Source of the DNA: Gemmatimonadales bacterium
Lineage (GTDB): Bacteria > Gemmatimonadota > Gemmatimonadetes > Gemmatimonadales > GWC2-71-9
Length of the DNA stretch: 64,000 nt
Assembly (NCBI GenBank): GCA_039794085.1
Contig: JBDIWC010000004.1
Location: forward strand, 1 to 64,000
Direction: 5' to 3'
Positions within the stretch are counted from its first letter, which is position 1. The number at the start of each line of letters is the position of its first letter. The notes under the pieces were generated by a model. The model was given only the letters and a program-made list of their open reading frames with translations. It was not told the origin of the DNA and ran no database searches. Positions 1 through 10,181 of this stretch are shown in pieces. A program made the translations under genes and the position numbers.

Positions 1-112
1 GTGTCGGGCCGCATCTGGTCTTGGGAGTAGGAACCCCGCAGACCGCGAGCATACCCGGGCAGTATCTGTGGCTCCGAGTGTGTAAGCCTCTTTGGTTCCG
101 GCTCTGCCGGCT

Positions 113-335
113 TAGGACATAGGACATAGGACAGGACACGGGATAAAGGGACTCTCGTCATCCCGAGCGCGTTCGGGATGACCATCCCATGGCGGGACGG
201 GCCTCCCTTCGAACTTCAAACTTCAAACTTCGAACTTCCCCAGATCCCTCACCTTCGGCTCGGGATGACCACGGGTGGTTCGGGACCAAGTGGCACGTCC
301 CTATCTCGTTATACCCTACACCCTACTCCCTACTC
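113..335. repeat. Composite intergenic repeat: (TAGGACA)x3, REP-like hairpin GTCATCCCGA-N6-TCGGGATGAC (157-182), (CTTCRAA)x4 (207-238), CAGATCCCTC...CTCGGGATGAC (241-269), CCCTAC(A/T) array
   Basis: Units read directly from the sequence; same motifs recur at 4231-4350, 20737-20775 and 41536-41850. Confidence 0.85.
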
Positions 336-357
336 GTTATTCCCTGCCTCCTGCCGC

Positions 358-1635
358 CTACCGCCTCTCGCCTAGATAGTCCACCACCAGGGCCGTCATC
401 AACAGGATGCCGAGCGGGATGGCGCGGTCGTCGGCGACGAACTCCGGGGTGTGGTGGTCACCCGAGGCTCCTCCCGGGGGTGCGGTGCCGAGCCGGAAAT
501 AGAATCCGGGGATCCGGTTGGCAAAGTACGAGAAGTCCTCCGCGGCCATCCACGGTTCCATCGCCGTCACCTGCTCCTTCCCGGCCACCCGCACCAGAGA
601 GGGAACCATCCGGTCGGTGAGGTCGGGGTCATTGATGGTGGCCGGCGTGAATCGGTCGTACTGGAAATCGAATGTGGCGCCCCAGGCGGCGGTGATCCCT
701 TCGAGCATGCCGCGCATCCGGTGCTCGATGGTGTCCTGTACCGCGGTGCTGTAGGCGCGGACCGTCCCCTGCAGTTCCACCGATCCGGGGATGATGTTGA
801 ACCGGGTGCCTCCGCGGAACATGCCGACGGTGAGGACCGCGGGTTCGAGCGGGGGAAGGACCCGCGAGGGGATCGTCTGCCAGGCGGTGACCAGTTGGGA
901 GGCGACCACGATCGGATCGATGCTCAGATGAGGCGAGGCCCCGTGGGCCTGCCGCCCCCGGACGGTGGCGATAAACCGATCCGCGGACGCGAGGGCCGGG
1001 CCCCGGGTGTATCCCACCGTGCCGGTCTCCATGCCGGCCCAGGTGTGGAACCCGAAGATCACCTCCGGCGCATCGGGACCGTCGAGCACGCCCTGATCCA
1101 CCATGAGCTTCGCCCCTCCCTCCTCCCCCGGGGGAGCTCCCTCCTCGGCGGGCTGGAAGATGAACTTGACAGTGCCGGGGAGCTGGTCCCGCATGCCGGC
1201 CAGCACGGTGGCCACGCCGAGCTGCACCGCCATGTGGATGTCGTGGCCGCAGGCATGCGCCACGCCGACCTCCTGGCCCAGGTACGTGGTGGTCACGGTG
1301 GAGGCGAAGGGGAGGATGCTTGCCTCGGTGACGGGGAGGGCATCCATGTCGGCGCGGACCGCGATGGTCGGACCGGGTCGCCCGCCACGGAGGATCCCGA
1401 CGACTCCCGTGTGGGCGATGGCGGTCTCCACCTCGAGGCCCAGGGTGCGGAGCTGATCGGCGATGAGCCGTGCGGTGGCAAATTCGCGGTTGCTGAGCTC
1501 GGGGTTCCGGTGCAGGTGATGCCGGATCTCCGTGATGGCGGGAGTGATCCGGGTGACGGCTGCATCCACGTCCTGGGCGACAAGTATCCCCGGTGTGGGA
1601 AGGAGAAGCAGGGCGACGATGACGGACGATCGCAT
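358..1635 (-). CDS. Secreted M20D-family amidohydrolase (hippurate/IAA-amino acid hydrolase-like)
   Basis: Signal peptide; HRNPELS, RADMDALP, HACGHD, FQPAEEG, AEDFS motifs. Confidence 0.92.
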   Translation of the reverse strand: MRSSVIVALLLLPTPGILVAQDVDAAVTRITPAITEIRHHLHRNPELSNREFATARLIADQLRTLGLEVETAIAHTGVVGILRGGRPGPTIAVRADMDALPVTEASILPFASTVTTTYLGQEVGVAHACGHDIHMAVQLGVATVLAGMRDQLPGTVKFIFQPAEEGAPPGEEGGAKLMVDQGVLDGPDAPEVIFGFHTWAGMETGTVGYTRGPALASADRFIATVRGRQAHGASPHLSIDPIVVASQLVTAWQTIPSRVLPPLEPAVLTVGMFRGGTRFNIIPGSVELQGTVRAYSTAVQDTIEHRMRGMLEGITAAWGATFDFQYDRFTPATINDPDLTDRMVPSLVRVAGKEQVTAMEPWMAAEDFSYFANRIPGFYFRLGTAPPGGASGDHHTPEFVADDRAIPLGILLMTALVVDYLGERR

Positions 1636-1710
1636 GGAAGCTCCCGGGTGGTTCAGTGGCCTCAGGGGATGGGCGAAAGTATTTCGCCCCTACAGCCTAC
1701 TCCTACATTT

Positions 1711-1806
1711 CCCAACACCCCACACCCAACACCCAACCCCCAATACCCAATACCCAATACCCCAATAATACCCAATACCCAATACCCAACACCCAACACC
1801 CACTCC
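1711..1806. repeat. Heptamer tandem array CCCAA(C/T)A
   Basis: About 12 imperfect copies between divergent genes. Confidence 0.85.
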
Positions 1807-1899
1807 CCCCTCCCGACCTTCCAGATGGATACGAACCGGGCGAGATTACACCGGACCGGCATCACGCATCCATCCGGCTCACCACCATCCCGGGGGCTC

Positions 1900-2835
1900 A
1901 TGCTTCGACGCGGTATCCTCTGGTTGTCCGAGCAGCAGCGCATCCACGATTTCGTCCGGTCGCATGGGTTGGCGCGCCGGTTCGCCACCCGGTTCGTGGC
2001 GGGGGAAACGGCGGACGCCGCGATCGAAGCGGCCCGGACGCTCGCCTCTGGCGGGATCACCGCCTCGCTGGACCTCCTCGGTGAGAGTGTGACCGATCGT
2101 GCGGCGGCGCGGGCGGCGCGGGACCAGATCCTGGCCCTTCTCGATCAGATGGAGGACGAGGCCACGATCGAGACCAACGTCTCCGTCAAACCCTCCCAGA
2201 TGGGCCTCGATCTCGACGCCGACCTCTGTCGGGCGCACTTCAGGGATCTTCTCGACCGGGTGCGCTCGCTGAAGGGATTCCTCCGGCTCGACATGGAGGG
2301 GGCCACCCACACCCAGCGCACGCTCGATCTCTTCACCGGGCATCTCCAGCCGGAGTATGGTGATCACGTGGGGGTGGTCATCCAGTCGGCCCTGCGCCGC
2401 TCCTCGGACGATGTGGACCGGCTCCTCGCGCTCGGGGCCCGGGTCCGGTTGTGCAAGGGGGCGTACCGGGAGGCGAGCGACATCGCGTTTCCCGACAAGC
2501 GCGACGTGGACCGGCAGTACGTGGCCCTGATGGAGCGACTCCTTCGGGAGGGGAACTATCCCGCGATCGCCACCCATGACGAGGCCATCATCGCCCATGC
2601 CCAGCGATGTGTGGCGCGGGAAGGGATCGCCCCGGACCGCTTCGAGTTTCAGATGCTCCACGGAGTGCGGCGTGACCTGCAGAACCGCCTGCGCGCCAGC
2701 GGCTACCGGGTGCGCGTGTACATTCCCTTCGGAACCCATTGGTATCCCTATCTGATGCGGCGCCTGGCGGAACGTCCCGCCAACATCGCCTTCATTCTGG
2801 GGAACGTCATCCGGGAGGGACTATCCGCCCCGTAA
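1900..2835 (+). CDS. Monofunctional proline dehydrogenase
   Basis: RFVAGE, DLLGE, RLCKGAY, IATHD, EFQML, YLMRRLAERPAN motifs; ATG 1900 taken as start, the rest of ORF 451-2835 is antisense/repeat-derived. Confidence 0.93.
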   Translation: MLRRGILWLSEQQRIHDFVRSHGLARRFATRFVAGETADAAIEAARTLASGGITASLDLLGESVTDRAAARAARDQILALLDQMEDEATIETNVSVKPSQMGLDLDADLCRAHFRDLLDRVRSLKGFLRLDMEGATHTQRTLDLFTGHLQPEYGDHVGVVIQSALRRSSDDVDRLLALGARVRLCKGAYREASDIAFPDKRDVDRQYVALMERLLREGNYPAIATHDEAIIAHAQRCVAREGIAPDRFEFQMLHGVRRDLQNRLRASGYRVRVYIPFGTHWYPYLMRRLAERPANIAFILGNVIREGLSAP

Positions 2836-3149
2836 CCCCCGAGATCACCCTGGGTGGATACATCGCCACGCACGATCGGGCGCCGGCCTTCGGAGGCTCT
2901 GATGATCGCGCCTACTCGGTGGCGGTCTATGTGGAGGAGGAGCCGGACGCGCAGGGGCGCTACGCCGCGGCCCTCCTCTTCGTGCGATGGAACCGAGCCG
3001 GCACGGAGCCCGACGGTCACGCGGAGACTCCCACGCTGGCCTGGGGTCGCACGCCGGAGGACGCGGAGCGGAGGCTTCTGGCCTGGTCCCTCTACGACGT
3101 GAAGGCGGCGCTCGACGAGGCGATCGCGGCCCGGCCCGAGGGATGGTGA
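2832..3149 (+). CDS. Hypothetical protein of about 105 aa (start uncertain)
   Basis: Fills the gap between proline dehydrogenase and rsgA, overlaps the rsgA start, protein-like composition. Confidence 0.7.
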   Translation, partial: VTPEITLGGYIATHDRAPAFGGSDDRAYSVAVYVEEEPDAQGRYAAALLFVRWNRAGTEPDGHAETPTLAWGRTPEDAERRLLAWSLYDVKAALDEAIAARPEGW

Positions 3150-4057
3150 CTCCATCGGTGGACGAGGGGCTGGTCCTCGGTCGGGAGGGGGGGCGACTCC
3201 GGGTGCTCACCCCGGCCGGCGAGGTCACCGCGGCGCTGCGCGGCAAGGCAAAGCGAGGGCGCGATCAGGTGGTCGCTGGTGACCGCGTGACGCTCGACCG
3301 CAGCAAGGGGGGGGACCTGGTGGGCATCGCGGAGGTGGCACCGCGCCGCAACGAACTGGCCCGGGGGGCGCCCAACCAGAGGAGGCGCCGGGCCATCGCC
3401 GCCAATCTTGACCAGCTGTTCGTGCTCACCGCCACGACCGACCCCGACCCTCTTCCGGAGCTGCTGGACAGGCTCCTGGTTCTCGCCGAGGCCGATGGGA
3501 TTCCCGCGTCCGTGATTGTCACCAAGATCGATCTCGACCCCGGGGCGGAGATTCGGGCCCGCATGGAGCGGATCGGCTATCCGGTCCACGCCGTCTCCGC
3601 CGTGACGGGGGAGGGACTCGATGCGTTCTTTGCGAAACTGCACGGGGGAGTGTCGGTGGTCACCGGACCCTCCGGGGCCGGGAAGTCCACCCTGCTCAAT
3701 GCGTTGGAACCTGGCCTCGCCCTTCTGACACGCACCACCAGTGCGCGGATCGGACGGGGACGGAACACGACGGTGGCCGGCGTGATGGTTCCTCTCACGG
3801 GCGGTGGCTTTCTGGTCGACACCCCGGGCATCAGCGAGGCGGGTCTCTGGGGGCTCGACCCCGACGGGCTCATCCACTGCTTTCCCGACCTCCGGCCCCA
3901 TGCCTCGGAGTGTCGGTTCTCCACCTGCCGGCACCTGGTGGAGCCGGGGTGCGCGGTGCGCATCGCAAGCGAGGAGGAGAACGTGCTCCCGGAGCGGTAT
4001 GCGCACTACCGGCTGTTTCGCGAGGAGCTGGAGAGTCTTCCGGAGGCGTGGGAGTGA
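3143..4057 (+). CDS. rsgA: Ribosome small subunit-dependent GTPase A
   Basis: Circularly permuted GTPase: TKIDL, GPSGAGKS, GRNTT, DTPG; C-terminal CRFSTCRH-x-EPGC zinc finger. Confidence 0.95.
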   Translation: MVTPSVDEGLVLGREGGRLRVLTPAGEVTAALRGKAKRGRDQVVAGDRVTLDRSKGGDLVGIAEVAPRRNELARGAPNQRRRRAIAANLDQLFVLTATTDPDPLPELLDRLLVLAEADGIPASVIVTKIDLDPGAEIRARMERIGYPVHAVSAVTGEGLDAFFAKLHGGVSVVTGPSGAGKSTLLNALEPGLALLTRTTSARIGRGRNTTVAGVMVPLTGGGFLVDTPGISEAGLWGLDPDGLIHCFPDLRPHASECRFSTCRHLVEPGCAVRIASEEENVLPERYAHYRLFREELESLPEAWE

Positions 4058-4084
4058 GGGGGGGAAGGGAGGATAGGGTGGGTG

Positions 4085-4350
4085 GGACAGCAGGACGGAG
4101 GACGGAGGACAGCAGGACGGAGGACAGAGGACACAGGCAATCCTTCCCGTCGTCCGGATCCCGGCAGCCATATGCTGTGCTCACAGCACCGGTGGACGCA
4201 GCCAACGGGAAGTGCACCAACCCACGTCCACAGATCCCTCGCCTACGGCTCGGGATGACCGACGGCCCCTATGTCCTATGTCCTATGTCCTATGTCCCAT
4301 GTCCTATGTCCTATGTCCTATGTCCTATGTCCTATGTCCTATAATGTCCT
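4085..4350. repeat. Inverted heptamer arrays (GGACGGA/GGACAGA and CCTATGT x10) flanking a REP-like CAGATCCCTC...CGGGATGAC element
   Basis: Direct reading; lies between convergent genes. Confidence 0.88.
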
Positions 4351-4371
4351 ATCTCGTGTCCTGTCCGCACC

Positions 4372-7300
4372 TCACGACACCGCACCCAGGGCCCGCCTCA
4401 CTGTCGCCTCCACTCGCCGGTACCAGCGGTCGAGCTCATCCAGTCGCTCCAGGGCATCCCGTCCCAGTTCCTGGTCCGCAGCGGTCACCATCCGATAGAG
4501 ATACGCGATCTGGTCGATGAGCATCGGCCGGGGATAGGTCTGGTCCGCGGTCTCGAGCTCCGCCAGGGTCTCGCCCAGGGTGCGGCCCGCATCGGAGGTG
4601 TCCCCGGCGCTGGTGCGTCCGGCGCGCGCACGAGCGGCCAGGGAACGGGCGCTGGTGAGGAGGTCTCGCACCGTGAGTGCCACCTCCAGTTGCTCCTCCA
4701 GATGAGCGCTGGTCACTCCCTCGGCCTCCACCCGCGGATCGATCTCCACGAGAAGCGGGACCGAGGCGGACCAGGTCCCTGCCGTGAGGCGGACCTGGTA
4801 CTCCCCGGGGGTCACGAGCGGTCCCGAGCCCGCCGGTCTCCCCTGGCCATTCTCCGGACCGGGCCAGGTCAGATCCCACCGGAAGCGGTTGTGTCCCCCC
4901 TCGGTGCCCAGAACGCCAGGGGCCGGTGTGCGTCCCGGAGGACCCCGCATGCCCTGTGCGGGAGCCGCCGGTTGCCCCGGACGATCCGCGCTGGTGAACC
5001 GGCGGATCGGCGTGCCCCGGTCGTCGACGATCTCGAGTGTCACCGGATCGCGGAAGTCACCGGGCAGCACGTAATCGATGACTGCACCGGGAGGGGGGAA
5101 CTCCGGATCGGCGGGATCGGACTGGCGGGAGGAATACCGCATCCGCACAGCGGGGCGAGGTGTGAGAAGGGCGGGGGAGTCCAGGGCCCCGCTCGCGGCT
5201 TCGCGGATCGGCGTGAGGTCGTCGAGGATCCAGAAGCCGCGGCCCATGGTGCTCAGCACGAGGTCACTCTGGACCACCGTGAGGTCGGTGACCGGGGTCA
5301 CCGGGAGGTTGTGCTGCAACGGATGCCAGCGGCCTCCGTCGTCCAGCGACACGAACATCCCGAACTCGGTTCCGGCGTACAGCACACCCTCGCGCTCCGG
5401 GTCCTCGCGGACCACGCGCACCGGATAATCCCCTGGGAGGCCATTGGTGCCGGTGGTGAGACGGGTCCAGGTGGCCCCGTAGTCGTCGGTGCGGAACAGG
5501 TACGGTTCCCAATCGTCGAGCTGGTTCCGGAGAATCGCGGCGTAGGCCTTCCCCGCGCGATGGGGTGAGGGTTCGACCGTCTGCACCCGGCCTCCGGGAG
5601 GGAGCGCGGAGGGAGTCACCCGGGTCCAGGTCTGGCCGTCGTCCCGGGTCACGGAGATAGGCCCATCGTTGGCACCCACCCAGATGACGCCCGGTTCCAC
5701 CTCCGACTCCTTCACCGTGTAGATCGTGCTGTAGTACTCCTCCCCCGTGACGTCCCGCGTGATGGGGGCGCCGCTGATGACCTGACGCGCGGGGTCGAAG
5801 GCGGTGAGATCGGGGGAGATCGTCTCCCAGGTCACCCCTTCGTCCCGCGTGCGATGCAGGAACTGTGAGGCGTGGTAGACGGTGTTGGGATCGTGGGGGG
5901 AGACGTGGATCGGCACCACGCGCTGGAAGCGGTAGGTGAGGTCCTTCGGGTTGGCCCCGTAGAGGTTGGCCCCGCCGACGTAATACTGTTGTTCCTGCCC
6001 GGTCCGGGCGTTGTAGCGGCCGAATCGACCCTTGCAGTTGGCGTACACGATGTCGGGATCCCCCGGCTTCGGCACGGCGGGGCCGGTCTCGCACCCGCCG
6101 GTCTCCCGCCACCAGCCCCGCGGTCCCCCCGGCGAGGGGAAAGGGGGAAGGCTCGGCACCGCGATGGTGGTGTTGTCCTGCTGGCCGGCGTAGAGCCAGT
6201 AGGGGAAGCGATCGTCCACTGCCACCTGGTACAGTTCCGCGGTGGGCTGGTTGAGCTGAGTGCTCCAGGTGGCTCCCGCGTCCCGGGTGACATTCACCCC
6301 GCCGTCGTTGGCCTGAATCCAGACCCGGGGGTCGGTGGGGTCGATCCAGAGGTCGTGATTGTCGCCGTGGGGCGTGCTCCGGCGCCGCCAGGTGCGTCCG
6401 GCGTCGGTGGAGTGCCAGAACGCGGTGGCGCTGACGAAGATCTCGTCCGCGTTGACGGGGCTCGCATCGACATTGGTGTAGTAGAAGGGACGATCGAGGA
6501 GTCCCGACTGGGTGGAGACCAGCCGGAACGTGGCTCCCCGGTCATCGGATCGATAGAGCCCGCCCCCCGGGTCGGCTTCGATGAGGACCCAGAGCCGGTT
6601 CGGATCCGCGGGGGACACCGCGAGGTCACTCTTTCCCACCAGACCTTCGGGGAGGCCGCCCCTGAGCCGGGTCCAGGTCGTGCCTCCATCACTGGACTTG
6701 TACACGCCGCCTTCCCGGGCGCCGCTGATGATGGTCCACGGCTTCCGCTCCGTGCGCCAGAGGCTGGCGTAGATCTCCTCCGGGTTGTCGGGGGCGAACT
6801 CCAGGTCCACCGCGCCGGTGCTGTCGGAGACGAAGAGGACCTGCTCCCAGGTGCCGCCGCCGTTCCGGGACCGGTACACGCCCCGCTCCCGATTCGGCCC
6901 GTGCGGCTGCCCGATCGCGGCCACGTACACCAGGTCGGGGTTCCCCGGATGAACCAGAACCGCCCCGATCAACCCCGCCCGCCGCAGACCCACCGGGCGC
7001 CAGGTGGATCCAGCATCATCGGAGCGATAGACCCCCTTGCCCACGATGATGTTGCTCCGGATGCCATCGGATCCGGTGCCGACATACAGGCGATCGGCGT
7101 CCGACGGGGCCACCGCGATGGCTCCGATGGAGGGTGACGCGAAGAACCGGTCGGAGAGGTTCCGCCAGGTGGTCCCGTAGTCGGGGGAGGTCCACACTCC
7201 GCCACCGGTGGACCCGAAGTAGAAGGTCCCCGGCCGCGAGGCCACTCCGGTCACCGCCGTGACTCTGCCCCCTCGGGAGGGCCCCACCGACCGGTAGCGG

Positions 7301-7410
7301 AGATCCTGAAACCGGGCCGGATTCCCCTGGGCGAGGAGGACCTCGGAGGTCAGGCCTGATCCCGCGAGGAGGAGAATCGCGAGGAGGGGACGACGAAAGG
7401 TAGGGCGCAT
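4372..7410 (-). CDS. Secreted BNR/Asp-box repeat (VPS10/sortilin-like) glycosyl hydrolase family protein
   Basis: Signal peptide from ATG 7410; many SxDxGxTW Asp-box repeats; GPSRGGRV N-terminal motif. Confidence 0.88.
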   Translation of the reverse strand: MRPTFRRPLLAILLLAGSGLTSEVLLAQGNPARFQDLRYRSVGPSRGGRVTAVTGVASRPGTFYFGSTGGGVWTSPDYGTTWRNLSDRFFASPSIGAIAVAPSDADRLYVGTGSDGIRSNIIVGKGVYRSDDAGSTWRPVGLRRAGLIGAVLVHPGNPDLVYVAAIGQPHGPNRERGVYRSRNGGGTWEQVLFVSDSTGAVDLEFAPDNPEEIYASLWRTERKPWTIISGAREGGVYKSSDGGTTWTRLRGGLPEGLVGKSDLAVSPADPNRLWVLIEADPGGGLYRSDDRGATFRLVSTQSGLLDRPFYYTNVDASPVNADEIFVSATAFWHSTDAGRTWRRRSTPHGDNHDLWIDPTDPRVWIQANDGGVNVTRDAGATWSTQLNQPTAELYQVAVDDRFPYWLYAGQQDNTTIAVPSLPPFPSPGGPRGWWRETGGCETGPAVPKPGDPDIVYANCKGRFGRYNARTGQEQQYYVGGANLYGANPKDLTYRFQRVVPIHVSPHDPNTVYHASQFLHRTRDEGVTWETISPDLTAFDPARQVISGAPITRDVTGEEYYSTIYTVKESEVEPGVIWVGANDGPISVTRDDGQTWTRVTPSALPPGGRVQTVEPSPHRAGKAYAAILRNQLDDWEPYLFRTDDYGATWTRLTTGTNGLPGDYPVRVVREDPEREGVLYAGTEFGMFVSLDDGGRWHPLQHNLPVTPVTDLTVVQSDLVLSTMGRGFWILDDLTPIREAASGALDSPALLTPRPAVRMRYSSRQSDPADPEFPPPGAVIDYVLPGDFRDPVTLEIVDDRGTPIRRFTSADRPGQPAAPAQGMRGPPGRTPAPGVLGTEGGHNRFRWDLTWPGPENGQGRPAGSGPLVTPGEYQVRLTAGTWSASVPLLVEIDPRVEAEGVTSAHLEEQLEVALTVRDLLTSARSLAARARAGRTSAGDTSDAGRTLGETLAELETADQTYPRPMLIDQIAYLYRMVTAADQELGRDALERLDELDRWYRRVEATVRRALGAVS

Positions 7411-7423
7411 GGTCAGGCTCGGG

Positions 7424-7771
7424 TCAGGAGGTGGGAGGAGCGGAGGGGGACGGGGGAGATTTGCGGGTCCATCGGGTGGCATCCCGGCGTTCCACCTTGT
7501 CCATCATCGTGGTGAAGGCGTCGTCGAGATTGATCCCCTCCCGGTTCGCCATGCAGATGAGGACAAAGATGATGTCGGCCATTTCCATGCCCAGATCGCC
7601 CTCCGGTTCCTCGGGCTTCCGGGTCTTCTGGCCAAACCGGTGGTTGATCTCCCGGGCGAGTTCGCCGGTCTCTTCGGCCAGCCGGGCCATGTTGGTCAGC
7701 GGGTGAAAGTACCCCTCCTCAAACTGGCTGATCCAGGCATCCACTCGGTGCTGGGCATCGATCAGTGACAT
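7424..7771 (-). CDS. MazG-like nucleotide pyrophosphohydrolase (YpjD-like)
   Basis: ARLAEETGELARE and EMADIIFVLICMAN motifs; RDATRW tail. Confidence 0.9.
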   Translation of the reverse strand: MSLIDAQHRVDAWISQFEEGYFHPLTNMARLAEETGELAREINHRFGQKTRKPEEPEGDLGMEMADIIFVLICMANREGINLDDAFTTMMDKVERRDATRWTRKSPPSPSAPPTS

Positions 7772-8036
7772 CGGCAATCGGGGAAGGAGGGGCGCTGAGG
7801 TCGTCTGTTATGGTAAGCTCACCGCCACCCACGCGAAAGGTGTCCTCGCGCCCTGATGCTCTCAAATCGGCGCTGGTGCTCTCCCTGACTTCCGGTTGCG
7901 TGCGGATTTACTCGCGGACCCATGCTCCCGCTCCGTGAGGGTGCCGCGGGCATATCGCATGACTCAGGACGCGTATGGTGGCCGGAAGCGGCGGGAAAGG
8001 TTCTCCGAATAAGGAGAATTGAAGTGAAGAGAGACT

Positions 8037-8052
8037 TGGCACGTGTATTGCA
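8037..8052 (+). promoter_or_regulatory. Sigma54 (-24/-12) promoter
   Basis: TGGCAC-GTGTA-TTGCA, exact consensus, 100 bp upstream of CDS 8152. Confidence 0.8.
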
Positions 8053-8151
8053 CGCTGCCCGACGCTCACTGTCGGCCCCGGGACGATCGAGGTCCGGTCC
8101 GCAGTGAGGTGAACTGCTCGAATCCTTGACTACTACACACGGAGGAAGACA

Positions 8152-9447
8152 GTGCCAAGACGGAACACGCGTAGGGCAGGCTGGGAGGGGCGGGCACGGG
8201 GGGCAAGTGCCTGGTCGTGGGTCACACTCATGGGAACCGTTCTCATGGTCCCGGCGTGTGGGGGCGGGGGAGGGGAGACTGTGATTCCAACACCTCCCGA
8301 CCCGAACGTGATCGGGACGGCCGGGGGGACTGTCAGCGCCGAGAACGGGACCGTTCGTCTGACGATTCCCGCCGGGGCACTCCCTTCCGCGACCCAGATC
8401 ACGGTGGATCGTGTGACGAACCCCCCGGCCGACCCCAACCTGGCCGGGGGGACTTCTTTCGATTTCGGGCCCGACGGGACGCAGTTTGCGGTGCCGGTGA
8501 CGATGCAGCTCACCTGGGACCCCGCCCGCATTCCGGGTGACGTGGCACCGGAGCAGTTCACCCTCGCCAAGCTGGTGTCGGGCGTGTGGGAACCTCTTGC
8601 GTCCGCGCCGGTGGTGAATGCGGCGGCTCGTACCGTGGCGGCGACTGTCTCGAGCTTTTCGTCCTATTCCATCGTGGCCGATCCCTGTTTGCCGAAAGCG
8701 TTGGCGGCGGGTAGTTCCGTCAGCGGCCAGTGGCGGGACGGGGACTGCGTCTTCACGGGAACGGATGGGGCGAAGACCCGGGAAGACTTCTACACGGTCA
8801 CGACCACCGGGGGCAGCTTCACCGTGTCCCTGACGGCGACGGACCTGCCCACGATCGCCGGGTTCGAACGCAACGGAAACGCCCTCGCCGTTGGCATCGG
8901 TCCGACCGCTGGAGGCACCGCGGGATTCTCGGTGGCGCTCCCGTCCGGCTCTCACCGGTTGTTTGCGGGGAGTCGTAACGTGCTTGGCGTCGGAGGCTAT
9001 CAACTCTCGATGCTTCCGGAACCTGACCTGCAGTCGCTCGGTTGTGGGCGGGTCCGGTACGTCATTCCGCCGTTCTCCTCCTCGCAGACCCTGACCCGGG
9101 GTGTAGACTGCACGGTGCAGATCGCCTTCCCGCCCCCGGGCTTTGAATCCGCACTGGGCAAACCGGTCCTGGAGGAATATTTCCGGGTGAAGCTCACAGC
9201 GGGCCAAACGATCTCCATCACCGTCACCCGGGGCAGCGGGGAGGCGGCCTTCGGTTCCCTGCCGACCCTGTTCCTGGGGGATGGCGTGGTGTCCGGGGAT
9301 CCCACAGCAACCACCAATGCCCTGTCCTGGACTTCACCCGATACCCGCTGGGTGACCGTCGGCGTGTCGGGGGGATTCTCTGAGGACGCTCAGGGAACTG
9401 CCACGCCAGCTGAGGGATCCTATGGCATCCAGATCAGTGTGACCTGA
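8152..9447 (+). CDS. Putative lipoprotein with ZU5-like domain and beta-sandwich domains
   Basis: GGAGG RBS; lipobox-like VPAC; GGTV..LTIPAGAL..GPDGTQFAVPVT ZU5-like signature. Confidence 0.72.
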   Translation: MPRRNTRRAGWEGRARGASAWSWVTLMGTVLMVPACGGGGGETVIPTPPDPNVIGTAGGTVSAENGTVRLTIPAGALPSATQITVDRVTNPPADPNLAGGTSFDFGPDGTQFAVPVTMQLTWDPARIPGDVAPEQFTLAKLVSGVWEPLASAPVVNAAARTVAATVSSFSSYSIVADPCLPKALAAGSSVSGQWRDGDCVFTGTDGAKTREDFYTVTTTGGSFTVSLTATDLPTIAGFERNGNALAVGIGPTAGGTAGFSVALPSGSHRLFAGSRNVLGVGGYQLSMLPEPDLQSLGCGRVRYVIPPFSSSQTLTRGVDCTVQIAFPPPGFESALGKPVLEEYFRVKLTAGQTISITVTRGSGEAAFGSLPTLFLGDGVVSGDPTATTNALSWTSPDTRWVTVGVSGGFSEDAQGTATPAEGSYGIQISVT

Positions 9448-9494
9448 GGTCCATTCCGAGAGCGGGGGCCGTGCTGCGGCCCTCCGCCCTCGTG

Positions 9495-10181
9495 TCACGA
9501 CCCCCAAAAGTCCCGCCGCAATTCATGATTGTCCCACGCTGTCGCGGGATCGGCGTATTGGTGGGTGGTCCCGGCCGTACACCAGACCACCGCGTCGGCG
9601 AGCGTCCGGAGGATGGGCATTTCGTGACCGGTCATCAGGACGGCGCGCCCCTCGTCCACCATCTGCCGAAACACGCCGCCCAGGAGCTCCGCATCGATCG
9701 GTGAGAGGCCGCGGAACGGCTCATCCACAACCAGGCAGCGGGGATTCCGCGCCAGGGCCATCGCAACCGAGGCCCGTCGGGTCTCTCCGCCCGAGAGGCT
9801 CGCGGGTGAGGTGTGCCAGTGGGTCTCGATCCGGAGTGCCGCAGCCACGCGTTCCACGTCGGTGGTCCCGAAGTGCTCGGCGACGGCCTTCAGTTGTCGC
9901 CCCAGCGGGAGGAAGGGGTCGAGAATCGATTCATCCGGAAGCCAGAAGAGCCCCTCCCGGGCCAGGCGAGGGAGCCGGGGAGGGTAGTGGGTGGTTCCCT
10001 GGAATCGGACGATCCCGTGAAGCAGGGGCCCCGCCCCCACACAGGCGCGGAGGAGCGAACTCTTGCCCACTCCGTTGCGGCCCACCAGCAAGGTGATCTG
10101 TCCCGGCCGGGCCCGGAGAGACGCCGCGCTCAGCACCTGACGCCCGCCATATCGCACCCCGATGCTGTCGGCCTCGAGCAT
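9495..10181 (-). CDS. ABC transporter ATP-binding protein (LptB-like)
   Basis: GRNGVGKS, LSGGE, VDEPF motifs; start overlaps upstream stop. Confidence 0.88.
   Translation of the reverse strand: MLEADSIGVRYGGRQVLSAASLRARPGQITLLVGRNGVGKSSLLRACVGAGPLLHGIVRFQGTTHYPPRLPRLAREGLFWLPDESILDPFLPLGRQLKAVAEHFGTTDVERVAAALRIETHWHTSPASLSGGETRRASVAMALARNPRCLVVDEPFRGLSPIDAELLGGVFRQMVDEGRAVLMTGHEMPILRTLADAVVWCTAGTTHQYADPATAWDNHELRRDFWGS

Noticed and set aside
4268..4350. Tandem arrays as CRISPR, or as real peptides (MSYVLCP..., PNTQYP...)
   Set aside because: 7-bp units without unique spacers and no cas genes; the peptides are just translations of the repeats.
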